DNA from: Escherichia coli
Lineage (GTDB): Bacteria > Pseudomonadota > Gammaproteobacteria > Enterobacterales > Enterobacteriaceae
Assembly: GCF_003334305.1 (NCBI RefSeq)
Contig: NZ_QOWS01000024.1
Length of the DNA stretch: 64,000 nt
Strand: one strand, 5' to 3'
A program made the translations under genes and the position numbers. Within the stretch, counting starts at the first letter, position 1. Every line of letters starts with the position of its first letter. Below the pieces are notes generated by a model. That model worked only from the letters and a program-made list of their open reading frames with translations. It was not told the DNA's origin and searched no databases. Positions 10,795-21,981 of the stretch are shown piece by piece.

Positions 10795-12267
10795 TCAGTT
10801 TATTTTTGTCAGCGCATAGCGATAAAGGTCACCGTCCGACACGAACTCAAGGCGATGGGTAATACAGGCAGGCGCATCTTCAGCGTGGTGCGAAACAAAC
10901 AACAATTGCGTTTCACCTTCGCTAATCAGCACATCAACAAAACGGCGGATAAGTTGGCGATTGAGCGGATCAAGCCCCTGTAGTGGTTCATCGAGAATAA
11001 GCAACGTCGGATGTTTCACCAGTGCGCGGACGATCAGCGCCAGACGCTGCTGTCCCCAGGAAAGACTATGGAAAGGAGCGTCAGCCGTGCGTTTATCAAT
11101 GCCGAGAATATCCAGCCACTGCTGCACCAGTTTTTGCTGGCGATCCGAAACGGCCTGATAAATGCCAATCGAATCAAAATAGCCAGAAAGAATCACATTA
11201 CGCACAGTAGTACTGACCCGGTAATCCAGATGCAAACTACTGCTGACGTAACCGATATGCTTCTTGATATCCCAGATGGTTTCGCCGCTGCCACGACGTC
11301 GTCCGAAAAGCGTCAAATCGTTGCTGTAACCTTGCGGATGATCGCCAGTAATCAGGCTTAATAACGTCGATTTTCCCGCGCCATTTGGCCCGACAATTTG
11401 CCAGTGTTCACCTGGATTCACCTGCCAGCTAAGGTTATTAAGAATGGGGCGATCGTTATAAGAAACCACGCCATTGTTCAGCACAATGCGCGGTTCGTTG
11501 ACGGGTAAGGCGTGACGTGCTGAAGGTTCATCCGGCTCCGGCAGTTGCACACCTTCAAGCTGTTCGCTATGCGCCAGTTGCGCGACGAGTGCTTGCTGGA
11601 GCAGTTCCTCTTTAGCGCCCGTTTCCGCTAACGTACAATCCGCCAGCACGCCAGCAAACTGGACAAATTCCGGGATCTCATCGAAGCGATTGAGCACCAG
11701 TACCAAAGTAATACCGGACTGATGTAACGAGGCGAGTAGCTCAGCCAGCTGCTGACGTGAGGCAACATCCAGGCCATCGAACGGCTCATCAAGAATCAAC
11801 AAGTCAGGCTCCGACATCAGCGCCTGACACAGCAGGGTTTTTCGCGTCTCGCCAGTGGAAAGGTATTTAAAGCGTCGGTCGAGGAGGGCGGTAATACCGA
11901 ACTGCTGCGCCAGTTGCATGCAACGCGGTGCATCCTTTACTTCATCCTGAATAATCTCAGCCGTAGTGCGTCCGGTGTCATCTTCGCCAGGGCCGAGCAT
12001 ATCGGTGTTATTCCGCTGCCATTCGTCGCTGACGAGCTTTTGCAATTGCTCGAAGGAGAGACGAGTGATATGGGAAAACTGGCTTTGCCGTTCACCTTTC
12101 AAAAGCGGAAGTTCCCCCACCAGCGCGCGGGCCAGCGCCGATTTCCCGCTTCCATTCGAACCGACAAACGCCCAACTATCACCCGCGTTTAACGTTAGCT
12201 GAGGCAATTGCAGCGTTTTTGTGTCGCTAAGACGAAACGTGCCTTGCAAAATTTGCAACGATGACAT
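10795..12267 (-). CDS. modF: ABC-type ATPase ModF (two nucleotide-binding domains)
   Basis: ORF track 10795..12279; start trimmed to MSSLQILQGTF (490 aa); two Walker A motifs (GSNGSGKS, GPNGAGKS). Confidence 0.88.
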   Translation of the reverse strand: MSSLQILQGTFRLSDTKTLQLPQLTLNAGDSWAFVGSNGSGKSALARALVGELPLLKGERQSQFSHITRLSFEQLQKLVSDEWQRNNTDMLGPGEDDTGRTTAEIIQDEVKDAPRCMQLAQQFGITALLDRRFKYLSTGETRKTLLCQALMSEPDLLILDEPFDGLDVASRQQLAELLASLHQSGITLVLVLNRFDEIPEFVQFAGVLADCTLAETGAKEELLQQALVAQLAHSEQLEGVQLPEPDEPSARHALPVNEPRIVLNNGVVSYNDRPILNNLSWQVNPGEHWQIVGPNGAGKSTLLSLITGDHPQGYSNDLTLFGRRRGSGETIWDIKKHIGYVSSSLHLDYRVSTTVRNVILSGYFDSIGIYQAVSDRQQKLVQQWLDILGIDKRTADAPFHSLSWGQQRLALIVRALVKHPTLLILDEPLQGLDPLNRQLIRRFVDVLISEGETQLLFVSHHAEDAPACITHRLEFVSDGDLYRYALTKIN

Positions 12268-12334
12268 TTTATATCCCATTTTGTGCAGCGATTACTGACA
12301 GGGATACGTGTTTCATAACAAATTGTCAACACGC

Positions 12335-13123
12335 TTAGCACAGCGTGGCGATAATCACGCTGTCGGCATTAAAGTAGGCCGTGACATTCTGCCCTTGCTG
12401 AAGAGAAGTCGCTTCATTTACCGGCACTGTGGCGCACAGTGTTTGCCCGTCGGGTAGCGCCATTAATACTTCGCACTGCTCTGCGCCGCGCTCAATATGA
12501 CTAATAATACCCGGTAATTGGTTGTCAGCGTTTTGCGCGACCGCCTCGTCCTGAGTAATACCTACCCACGGCGCTTTTAGCAATATCAACACTTCTTTGC
12601 CTTCATCCAGCCCCAGACGCGCGCCGCTTTGTGCGGTAATTGCGACTTTCAGGCGTGTTTTTCCGTCAGCCAGTAAGACATCAACATGCTGTTGAACGTC
12701 ATCATGATCGCGGGCGGTGATGGTGCCGAACCACTGGTTACGGGCGCTGGTTTGCAGTGAAAAACGTGAGATCGCGGCCAGCAGGCTGTTCAGCGGCAGG
12801 GCGTCATCGTCACTTAACACATCAAAGGCTTTTTGCTGGATTTGCGCCAGTAAGTCATAGAGCTGAATCAGTCGCTGACCATAGCGGGTCAGTACTGCGC
12901 CGCCGCCACCTTTACCGCCTGTTGCGCGCTCGACCAGAATATGCTCACTTAACTGATTCATCTCGTTAATGGCATCCCAGGCGCTTTTATAGCTGATACC
13001 GGCATCTTTCGCTCCCTGGCTAATGGAACCGGAAAGCGCAATGTGTTTTAGTAGCGAAATCCGGCGCGGGTCGGCGAATAATTTTTGTTGGAGCTTAAGG
13101 GTGAGAAGGATTTCGGCCTGCAT
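12335..13123 (-). CDS. modE: molybdate-responsive transcriptional regulator ModE
   Basis: ORF track 262 aa, MQAEILLTLKLQQKLFADPRRISLLKHIALSGSISQGAKDAGISYKSAW. Confidence 0.93.
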   Translation of the reverse strand: MQAEILLTLKLQQKLFADPRRISLLKHIALSGSISQGAKDAGISYKSAWDAINEMNQLSEHILVERATGGKGGGGAVLTRYGQRLIQLYDLLAQIQQKAFDVLSDDDALPLNSLLAAISRFSLQTSARNQWFGTITARDHDDVQQHVDVLLADGKTRLKVAITAQSGARLGLDEGKEVLILLKAPWVGITQDEAVAQNADNQLPGIISHIERGAEQCEVLMALPDGQTLCATVPVNEATSLQQGQNVTAYFNADSVIIATLC

Positions 13124-13233
13124 AACAATGTCCTGGCAAAAGTCTTATTGTGACGGAAAACGAACGCCACGCAAAGCTGACCGCACAAAAGGGGAGTGCT
13201 TTTCTGTGCTTAGCGGTTAGAATAGTCTCATGA

Positions 13234-13401
<168 letters not shown>

Positions 13402-13408
13402 TTCCCTG

Positions 13409-13440
13409 AATGCCCGCTTAGTCGGGCATTTTCTTTTTCT
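13409..13440 (+). terminator. rho-independent terminator after acrZ
   Basis: Hairpin AATGCCCG-CTTAGT-CGGGCATT followed by a T-rich tract. Confidence 0.55.
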
Positions 13441-13524
13441 CAACTTCCTGCTTTTCCTGCCGATATTTTTTCTTATCTACCTCACAAAGGTTAGCAATAA
13501 CTGCTGGGAAAATTCTGAGCTAGC

Positions 13525-13556
13525 CGTTATATTGTCGCCTACATAACGTTACATTA
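13525..13556 (+). promoter_or_regulatory. ModE operator in modABC promoter
   Basis: CGTTATATTGTCGCCTACATAACGTTACATTAAG matches the known ModE-binding sequence (CGTTATATT ... TACAT repeats), just upstream of modA. Confidence 0.6.
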
Positions 13557-13567
13557 AGGGGTTACCA

Positions 13568-14341
13568 ATGGCTCGTAAATGGTTGAACTTGTTTGCCGGG
13601 GCGGCACTCTCTTTCGCTGTTGCTGGCAATACACTGGCAGATGAAGGGAAAATCACGGTGTTCGCCGCCGCATCACTGACTAACGCAATGCAGGACATTG
13701 CTACGCAGTATAAAAAAGAAAAAGGCGTGGATGTGGTTTCTTCTTTCGCTTCGTCATCTACTCTCGCCCGTCAGATTGAAGCGGGTGCGCCTGCGGATCT
13801 GTTTATTTCTGCCGATCAGAAATGGATGGATTATGCTGTTGATAAAAAAGCGATCGATACTGCTACGCGTCAGACACTGCTCGGCAATAGCCTGGTCGTT
13901 GTAGCACCGAAAGCCAGCGAGCAGAAAGATTTCACCATCGACAGCAAAACCAACTGGACTTCGCTGCTGAATGGCGGTCGTCTGGCGGTTGGCGATCCGG
14001 AACATGTTCCCGCTGGCATTTATGCAAAAGAAGCACTGCAAAAACTGGGCGCATGGGATACGCTCTCTCCGAAACTGGCTCCGGCGGAAGATGTTCGTGG
14101 CGCGCTGGCGTTGGTCGAACGCAATGAAGCGCCGCTGGGCATAGTTTACGGTTCTGACGCAGTTGCCAGCAAAGGGGTAAAAGTGGTCGCCACCTTCCCG
14201 GAAGATTCGCATAAAAAAGTGGAATACCCGGTTGCTGTTGTGGAAGGGCATAACAATGCGACAGTGAAAGCATTTTATGATTATTTGAAAGGGCCGCAGG
14301 CTGCGGAAATCTTTAAACGTTACGGATTTACAACCAAGTAA
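13568..14341 (+). CDS. modA: periplasmic molybdate-binding protein
   Basis: ORF track 257 aa with signal peptide MARKWLNLFAGAALSFAVAGNTLA. Confidence 0.95.
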   Translation: MARKWLNLFAGAALSFAVAGNTLADEGKITVFAAASLTNAMQDIATQYKKEKGVDVVSSFASSSTLARQIEAGAPADLFISADQKWMDYAVDKKAIDTATRQTLLGNSLVVVAPKASEQKDFTIDSKTNWTSLLNGGRLAVGDPEHVPAGIYAKEALQKLGAWDTLSPKLAPAEDVRGALALVERNEAPLGIVYGSDAVASKGVKVVATFPEDSHKKVEYPVAVVEGHNNATVKAFYDYLKGPQAAEIFKRYGFTTK

Positions 14342-15030
14342 TGATACTGACCGATCCAGAATGGCAGGCAGTTTTATTAAGCCTGAAAGTTTCTTCCCTG
14401 GCTGTGCTGTTTAGCCTGCCGTTTGGGATCTTTTTTGCCTGGTTACTGGTGCGTTGCACGTTTCCGGGCAAAGCTCTGCTCGACAGCGTACTGCATCTAC
14501 CGCTGGTGTTACCGCCCGTGGTCGTCGGTTACTTATTATTAGTTTCGATGGGACGGCGCGGGTTTATCGGTGAACGTCTGTATGACTGGTTTGGCATTAC
14601 CTTCGCCTTTAGCTGGCGCGGCGCGGTTCTCGCTGCCGCCGTCATGTCGTTTCCGCTGATGGTGCGGGCAATTCGTCTGGCGCTGGAAGGGGTTGATGTC
14701 AAACTGGAACAGGCCGCAAGAACACTGGGGGCCGGGCGCTGGCGCGTTTTCTTTACTATCACGATACCGCTGACCTTACCGGGAATTATTGTTGGTACGG
14801 TACTGGCTTTTGCTCGTTCTCTCGGTGAATTTGGCGCAACCATCACCTTTGTGTCGAACATTCCTGGTGAAACGCGAACCATTCCTTCTGCCATGTATAC
14901 CCTGATTCAGACCCCCGGCGGGGAAAGTGGCGCAGCGAGACTGTGCATTATTTCTATTGCGCTGGCGATGATCTCCCTGTTGATTTCAGAATGGCTGGCC
15001 AGAATCAGCCGTGAACGGGCGGGGCGCTAA
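14341..15030 (+). CDS. modB: molybdate ABC transporter permease
   Basis: ORF track 229 aa; start overlaps the modA stop. Confidence 0.95.
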   Translation: MILTDPEWQAVLLSLKVSSLAVLFSLPFGIFFAWLLVRCTFPGKALLDSVLHLPLVLPPVVVGYLLLVSMGRRGFIGERLYDWFGITFAFSWRGAVLAAAVMSFPLMVRAIRLALEGVDVKLEQAARTLGAGRWRVFFTITIPLTLPGIIVGTVLAFARSLGEFGATITFVSNIPGETRTIPSAMYTLIQTPGGESGAARLCIISIALAMISLLISEWLARISRERAGR

Positions 15031-15032
15031 TC

Positions 15033-16091
15033 ATGCTGGAACTGAATTTTTCCCAGACGTTGGGCAACCATTGCCTGACTATTAATGAAACGCTGCCCGC
15101 CAATGGCATCACTGCTATCTTTGGCGTCTCCGGTGCCGGAAAAACTTCGCTGATTAACGCCATCAGTGGACTGACGCGCCCGCAAAAAGGGAGGATTGTC
15201 CTCAATGGTCGGGTACTAAATGATGCCGAAAAAGGTATCTGCCTGACGCCAGAAAAGCGTCGCGTTGGCTATGTTTTTCAGGATGCGCGGCTGTTTCCGC
15301 ATTACAAAGTGCGTGGCAATCTGCGCTACGGCATGGCGAAAAGCATGGTCGATCAGTTCGATAAGCTGGTGGCGCTTTTAGGCATTGAACCGTTGCTTGA
15401 CCGTTTACCAGGCAGCCTGTCCGGAGGCGAAAAACAGCGCGTAGCGATTGGGCGGGCTTTGCTGACGGCACCAGAATTGCTGTTGCTGGATGAACCGCTG
15501 GCGTCACTGGATATTCCGCGTAAACGCGAACTGTTGCCTTATCTGCAACGTCTGACGCGGGAAATCAACATCCCGATGTTGTATGTCAGCCATTCGCTGG
15601 ATGAGATCCTCCATTTGGCAGACAGAGTGATGGTACTGGAAAACGGTCAGGTGAAAGCCTTTGGCGCACTGGAAGAAGTCTGGGGTAGTAGCGTGATGAA
15701 TCCGTGGCTGCCGAAAGAGCAACAAAGTAGCATTCTGAAAGTGACGGTGCTTGAGCATCATCCGCATTACGCGATGACCGCGCTGGCGCTGGGCGATCAG
15801 CATTTGTGGGTCAATAAGCTGGACGAACCGCTGCAAGCTGCGCTACGTATCCGCATTCAGGCTTCCGATGTTTCTCTGGTTTTACAACCGCCGCAGCAAA
15901 CCAGCATTCGTAACGTATTGCGGGCAAAAGTTGTTAATAGTTATGACGACAACGGCCAGGTGGAAGTGGAACTGGAAGTCGGAGGTAAAACGCTGTGGGC
16001 GCGTATCAGCCCGTGGGCCAGGGATGAACTGGTGATCAAACCTGGCCTGTGGCTGTACGCGCAAATTAAAAGTGTGTCGATAACCGCCTGA
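15033..16091 (+). CDS. modC: molybdate ABC transporter ATP-binding protein
   Basis: ORF track 352 aa; Walker [10 protein letters not shown], signature LSGGEKQR. Confidence 0.95.
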   Translation: MLELNFSQTLGNHCLTINETLPANGITAIFGVSGAGKTSLINAISGLTRPQKGRIVLNGRVLNDAEKGICLTPEKRRVGYVFQDARLFPHYKVRGNLRYGMAKSMVDQFDKLVALLGIEPLLDRLPGSLSGGEKQRVAIGRALLTAPELLLLDEPLASLDIPRKRELLPYLQRLTREINIPMLYVSHSLDEILHLADRVMVLENGQVKAFGALEEVWGSSVMNPWLPKEQQSSILKVTVLEHHPHYAMTALALGDQHLWVNKLDEPLQAALRIRIQASDVSLVLQPPQQTSIRNVLRAKVVNSYDDNGQVEVELEVGGKTLWARISPWARDELVIKPGLWLYAQIKSVSITA

Positions 16092-16910
16092 TTAAATCAG
16101 GTGGCTATAAATGAACTGGGCAATGCTGTCGGTGGTGTTATCACCAATCACAATGTTGGCGCGCGCTTTTACCGCGTCATCGGCGTTGCCCATCGCCACG
16201 CCTGTACCAGCGGCTTCCAGCATACTGATATCATTAAAGTTATCGCCGAATGCCACGACGTTTTCCATCGACCAACCTTGCGCCTCAACCCATTTCGTCA
16301 AACGTTTACCTTTGCTGTTGCCGCCGCGTGCAATATCAACCTGATCGTGCCAGGACCATTCACACTCCAGTCCCAGTTCATGTTCGACATGCTTACCAAA
16401 ATGCTGCAATTGCGGCAGGTCATCGTGCGTCAGGGCGAACTTCCATACGGCGTTAACTTGTTGCGCCGTTTCAGCCAGAGAAGCGACTTGTGTGAAAGTC
16501 GGACGCTGTTCCGGCGGCAGGGTTTGCGCCCAGTTAGACGTGCGAATGACATGCCCGGTCGGGTGCTCATAGACCATTGCATCATCGACATACATCAGAC
16601 CGTGAATGTGGTGTTCATTCAGCATCTCAATGAGTTGCAGGGCTTTATTAACGGGCATTGGGTCCGCTTCCAGCACGGTTTTTGCATGATAATCATACAA
16701 ATAGGTGCCATTACAGCAAATAGCAGGTGTATCCAGCGCCAGCGCCTGATAAAAAGGATGAATAGCGACGTGATGGCGACCTGTGACGATGATTAATTGA
16801 TAGCCTGCTTCGCGAGCGCGGGCCAGGGCTTCTATCGATGATGGAAGCAAGGTCTTTTTCGGGGTCAATAAGGTGCCGTCTAAGTCGAGAGCAATCACGC
16901 GTGTGGTCAT
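16092..16910 (-). CDS. ybhA: HAD-family sugar/pyridoxal phosphate phosphatase
   Basis: ORF track 16092..17012; start trimmed to MTTRVIALDLDGTLL (HAD motif I DxDGT), 272 aa. Confidence 0.88.
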   Translation of the reverse strand: MTTRVIALDLDGTLLTPKKTLLPSSIEALARAREAGYQLIIVTGRHHVAIHPFYQALALDTPAICCNGTYLYDYHAKTVLEADPMPVNKALQLIEMLNEHHIHGLMYVDDAMVYEHPTGHVIRTSNWAQTLPPEQRPTFTQVASLAETAQQVNAVWKFALTHDDLPQLQHFGKHVEHELGLECEWSWHDQVDIARGGNSKGKRLTKWVEAQGWSMENVVAFGDNFNDISMLEAAGTGVAMGNADDAVKARANIVIGDNTTDSIAQFIYSHLI

Positions 16911-17028
16911 GGCGTATTCCAGATTAAGGTTAAGAATTTTCGTCTGCGCGAATGGTACACCGATACCACTATCGGACAAAATTCTGCGTTTTAATTCAGC
17001 ATTCACCGCCAAAAGCGACTAATTTTAG

Positions 17029-18060
<1,032 letters not shown>

Positions 18061-18100
18061 CCGCTGATTTAACCGGCGCAGTCTCTCCTGCGCCGGTGTA

Positions 18101-19054
18101 TTAACCTATCTCCTGTAACGCATGTCTCTGGCGTTCGACGATATTGGTCCACAAATTGTCTTTATCGTCAGTCCACAAATTAATCAGCAAGGCAAAAAAG
18201 CGTTCTGCTGCCGGAGAAAGCACGGCATCTTTGCGGCGAATAATCCCCAATGTCCGACGTATAACGGGTTCCACCAGTGGAATACCAATAATCGAAGAAT
18301 AGGGCGCATGGGGCATTGCCAGACCAGGAAGCGCCGAAATCCCCAGTCCCGCCTCTACCAGTCCTAATGACGTCGAAAGATGACGCACTTCGTAAAACCA
18401 GTCCAGCTTCCAGGGCTTGTCGGCTAGCTGTTGTTCTATCAACAATCGGTTGCCGCTGGAGGAACGTACGCCAATCATTTTGTAACCCACTAACTCCTGC
18501 CATTCTACAAGCTGCTTTTTGGCCAATGGATGGTCACGCCGACAGGCCAGCACGAATGGCTCGTTGACCAGTGGGGTAAAATCAATGGATGAATTTGTGA
18601 CGTTGTTCATGTTTATGCCAAAGTCTGATTCGTTACACAGCACCGATTCCATGCAATTATTCGTGCCTTGTTCCAGAATCCGCACTTTAATATTGGGATA
18701 CAGCTCATTAAATTTACCGATTGCCAGCGGTAAAAAATAAAATACTGCGGTCGGAATACACGCTAACGTCACCATACCACGATGATAAGCATTCATATCA
18801 CGAATATTAAAAAGCGTTTCATCGAATTTCTTTATTAATTCCCGCGCCTCCGGGAGCAACCTTTTTCCTGCTTTTGTTAACGTAACCTTGCGAGTTTTAC
18901 GCTCAAATAGTTGAATATGTAAATCTTCCTCCATCTTTTTTATTCTTCGCGTTAATGCAGGTTGCGTAATATTGAGTAATTTAGCAGCATTGTTAAATGA
19001 ACTGGACTCTGCCAGTATGACAAATGCCTTCATACTTGATAATTCATGCTTCAT
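18101..19054 (-). CDS. ybhD: LysR-family transcriptional regulator
   Basis: ORF track 18101..19117; start trimmed to MKHELSSMKAFVILAESSSFNNAAKLLNITQPALTRRIKKME (LysR HTH); exact start uncertain (19054 or 19033). Confidence 0.8.
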   Translation of the reverse strand: MKHELSSMKAFVILAESSSFNNAAKLLNITQPALTRRIKKMEEDLHIQLFERKTRKVTLTKAGKRLLPEARELIKKFDETLFNIRDMNAYHRGMVTLACIPTAVFYFLPLAIGKFNELYPNIKVRILEQGTNNCMESVLCNESDFGINMNNVTNSSIDFTPLVNEPFVLACRRDHPLAKKQLVEWQELVGYKMIGVRSSSGNRLLIEQQLADKPWKLDWFYEVRHLSTSLGLVEAGLGISALPGLAMPHAPYSSIIGIPLVEPVIRRTLGIIRRKDAVLSPAAERFFALLINLWTDDKDNLWTNIVERQRHALQEIG

Positions 19055-19237
19055 TATTACTCCGGAAAATGGAAGCGACGATTTTGGGTGGCTGGTCGTT
19101 AAAAATTTTAACTGCATTTAGCCAACTTAAATTAATGAAAAAATGTTATTAATCGTTGAGCTAAAGTCATTAGAGATGCTTTGTCCTTAATGTAACCATA
19201 TCGCAATAAGTTATGTTTTTAAATTGAGGGCATTATT

Positions 19238-20290
19238 ATGAAAAAAATACCCTGCGTGATGATGCGAGGTGGAACCTCGAGGGGCGCGTTCCTGTTAGCG
19301 GAACATTTACCCGAAGATCAAACGCAGCGCGATAAAATATTGATGGCAATTATGGGTTCCGGTAACGATCTGGAAATTGACGGTATTGGCGGCGGTAATC
19401 CACTGACCAGTAAAGTCGCCATTATTAGCCGTTCCAGCGATCCGCGTGCTGATGTTGATTATCTGTTTGCTCAAGTTATCGTCCATGAGCAACGTGTCGA
19501 TACCACGCCTAACTGCGGCAATATGCTTTCTGGCGTTGGGGCATTCGCCATTGAAAATGGTTTGATTGCAGCGACATCACCGGTCACCCGTGTGCGTATC
19601 CGCAACGTCAATACGGGTACGTTCATCGAAGCTGATGTGCAAACGCCAAATGGTGTTGTCGAGTACGAGGGTAGTGCCAGAATTGACGGCGTACCGGGTA
19701 CTGCCGCACCGGTTGCGCTCACTTTCCTGAATGCCGCTGGAACCAAAACCGGAAAAGTTTTCCCGACTGATAATCAGATTGATTATTTTGACGATGTCCC
19801 GGTGACCTGTATCGATATGGCGATGCCAGTCGTCATTATTCCGGCTGAATATCTGGGAAAAACAGGTTATGAATTACCGGCGGAACTGGATGCCGACAAA
19901 GCATTATTAGCCCGCATTGAATCTATCCGTCTACAAGCGGGTAAAGCAATGGGCTTAGGTGATGTCAGTAATATGGTTATCCCTAAACCTGTGCTTATTT
20001 CTCCAGCGCAGAAAGGCGGGGCAATTAATGTGCGTTATTTTATGCCGCATTCTTGCCATCGCGCGCTGGCGATAACCGGTGCTATTGCTATTTCCAGTAG
20101 TTGTGCATTGGAAGGCACCGTCACCCGACAAATCGTCCCTTCTGTAGGATACGGCAATATCAATATTGAACACCCCAGTGGTGCGCTCGACGTTCATTTA
20201 AGTAATGAAGGTCAGGATGCCACGACGTTACGCGCATCTGTTATTCGGACAACCAGAAAAATATTTTCCGGTGAAGTTTATCTTCCCTGA
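19238..20290 (+). CDS. ybhH: PrpF/AcnD-accessory family isomerase-like protein
   Basis: ORF track 350 aa, MKKIPCVMMRGGTSRGAFL; divergent from ybhD. Confidence 0.85.
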   Translation: MKKIPCVMMRGGTSRGAFLLAEHLPEDQTQRDKILMAIMGSGNDLEIDGIGGGNPLTSKVAIISRSSDPRADVDYLFAQVIVHEQRVDTTPNCGNMLSGVGAFAIENGLIAATSPVTRVRIRNVNTGTFIEADVQTPNGVVEYEGSARIDGVPGTAAPVALTFLNAAGTKTGKVFPTDNQIDYFDDVPVTCIDMAMPVVIIPAEYLGKTGYELPAELDADKALLARIESIRLQAGKAMGLGDVSNMVIPKPVLISPAQKGGAINVRYFMPHSCHRALAITGAIAISSSCALEGTVTRQIVPSVGYGNINIEHPSGALDVHLSNEGQDATTLRASVIRTTRKIFSGEVYLP

Positions 20291-20365
20291 AAAAATTCGT
20301 TGTCAGGATAAGGACAATCAATAAAGGACTTCTGTATGAGTCATACAGAAAGAACAGGATTTTAA

Positions 20366-21799
20366 ATGAATAAGAAATCGTTATGGAAGCTAATTCTGAT
20401 ATTAGCGATCCCATGTATTATTGGCTTTATGCCAGCTCCGGCAGGATTAAGCGAACTGGCCTGGGTGCTTTTTGGTATTTACCTGGCGGCCATTGTGGGG
20501 CTGGTTATCAAGCCTTTCCCGGAACCTGTCGTACTGTTAATTGCCGTTGCTGCCTCGATGGTGGTGGTCGGTAACTTATCCGACGGTGCGTTTAAGACCA
20601 CCGCCGTATTAAGCGGTTACTCTTCAGGTACCACCTGGCTGGTGTTCTCGGCGTTTACCTTAAGCGCCGCATTTGTGACCACCGGCTTAGGTAAACGTAT
20701 TGCCTATTTGCTGATTGGTAAAATTGGTAGCACTACCCTGGGTCTGGGTTACGTTACGGTATTTCTCGATCTGGTACTGGCTCCGGCAACACCGTCTAAC
20801 ACCGCGCGTGCGGGCGGCATTGTGTTACCGATCATCAACAGCGTGGCGGTGGCTTTGGGGTCCGAACCGGAAAAAAGTCCGCGTCGTGTCGGACATTACC
20901 TGATGATGTCCATTTACATGGTCACCAAAACCACCAGCTATATGTTCTTTACCGCAATGGCGGGGAACATTCTGGCGCTGAAAATGATCAACGACATTCT
21001 GCACCTGCAAATTAGCTGGGGTGGATGGGCGCTGGCCGCCGGATTGCCGGGCATCATTATGCTGCTGGTCACCCCGCTGGTGATTTACACCATGTATCCG
21101 CCAGAAATTAAGAAGGTGGATAACAAAACCATCGCCAAAGCGGGCCTTGCCGAACTGGGACCGATGAAAATCCGCGAAAAAATGCTGCTCGGTGTCTTTG
21201 TGCTGGCGCTACTGGGCTGGATTTTCAGTAAGTCTCTGGGGGTTGATGAATCCACCGTGGCAATCGTTGTTATGGCGACCATGCTGCTGCTGGGTATCGT
21301 TACCTGGGAAGACGTGGTTAAAAATAAAGGCGGCTGGAATACCTTAATCTGGTACGGCGGTATTATCGGCTTAAGCTCCTTATTATCGAAAGTTAAATTC
21401 TTCGAATGGTTAGCTGAAGTCTTTAAAAATAACCTGGCATTTGATGGTCACGGTAACGTTGCTTTCTTCGTTATTATTTTCCTCAGCATTATCGTGCGTT
21501 ATTTCTTCGCTTCCGGTAGTGCCTATATCGTTGCTATGTTACCGGTATTTGCCATGCTGGCGAACGTCTCCGGCGCACCGTTAATGTTAACTGCGCTGGC
21601 ACTGTTGTTCTCCAACTCCTATGGCGGCATGGTTACTCACTATGGCGGCGCGGCAGGTCCGGTCATCTTTGGCGTGGGTTATAACGATATTAAATCCTGG
21701 TGGTTGGTCGGTGCGGTACTGACGATATTAACCTTCCTGGTGCATATCACCCTCGGCGTGTGGTGGTGGAATATGCTGATCGGCTGGAACATGCTGTAA
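20366..21799 (+). CDS. ybhI: DASS-family (divalent anion:Na+ symporter-like) transporter
   Basis: ORF track 477 aa, polytopic membrane protein. Confidence 0.85.
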   Translation: MNKKSLWKLILILAIPCIIGFMPAPAGLSELAWVLFGIYLAAIVGLVIKPFPEPVVLLIAVAASMVVVGNLSDGAFKTTAVLSGYSSGTTWLVFSAFTLSAAFVTTGLGKRIAYLLIGKIGSTTLGLGYVTVFLDLVLAPATPSNTARAGGIVLPIINSVAVALGSEPEKSPRRVGHYLMMSIYMVTKTTSYMFFTAMAGNILALKMINDILHLQISWGGWALAAGLPGIIMLLVTPLVIYTMYPPEIKKVDNKTIAKAGLAELGPMKIREKMLLGVFVLALLGWIFSKSLGVDESTVAIVVMATMLLLGIVTWEDVVKNKGGWNTLIWYGGIIGLSSLLSKVKFFEWLAEVFKNNLAFDGHGNVAFFVIIFLSIIVRYFFASGSAYIVAMLPVFAMLANVSGAPLMLTALALLFSNSYGGMVTHYGGAAGPVIFGVGYNDIKSWWLVGAVLTILTFLVHITLGVWWWNMLIGWNML

Positions 21800-21800
21800 A

Positions 21801-21926
21801 TATACTCGTCATACTTCAAGTTGCATGTGCTGCGTCTGCGTTCGCTCACCCCAGTCACTTACTTATGTAAGCTCCTGGGGATTCACTCGCTTGTCGCCTT
21901 CCTGCTACTCGAATTATTTAGAGTAT
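21801..21926. repeat. ERIC/IRU element (enterobacterial repetitive intergenic consensus)
   Basis: Contains ATGTAAGCTCCTGGGGATTCAC (ERIC1R primer sequence) and the reverse complement of AAGTAAGTGACTGGGGTGAGCG (ERIC2); terminal inverted repeat ATACTC...GAGTAT. Confidence 0.8.
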
Positions 21927-21981
21927 ATCCATTTATTATCTTTCTGCGCACTTCACGGTGCGCAGATATCGGGAGCATTTG

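Noticed and set aside
10680-10862. 60-aa ORF upstream of the gal operon
   Set aside because: It lies in the gal/modF regulatory spacer and overlaps the modF 3' end on the opposite strand; likely spurious.
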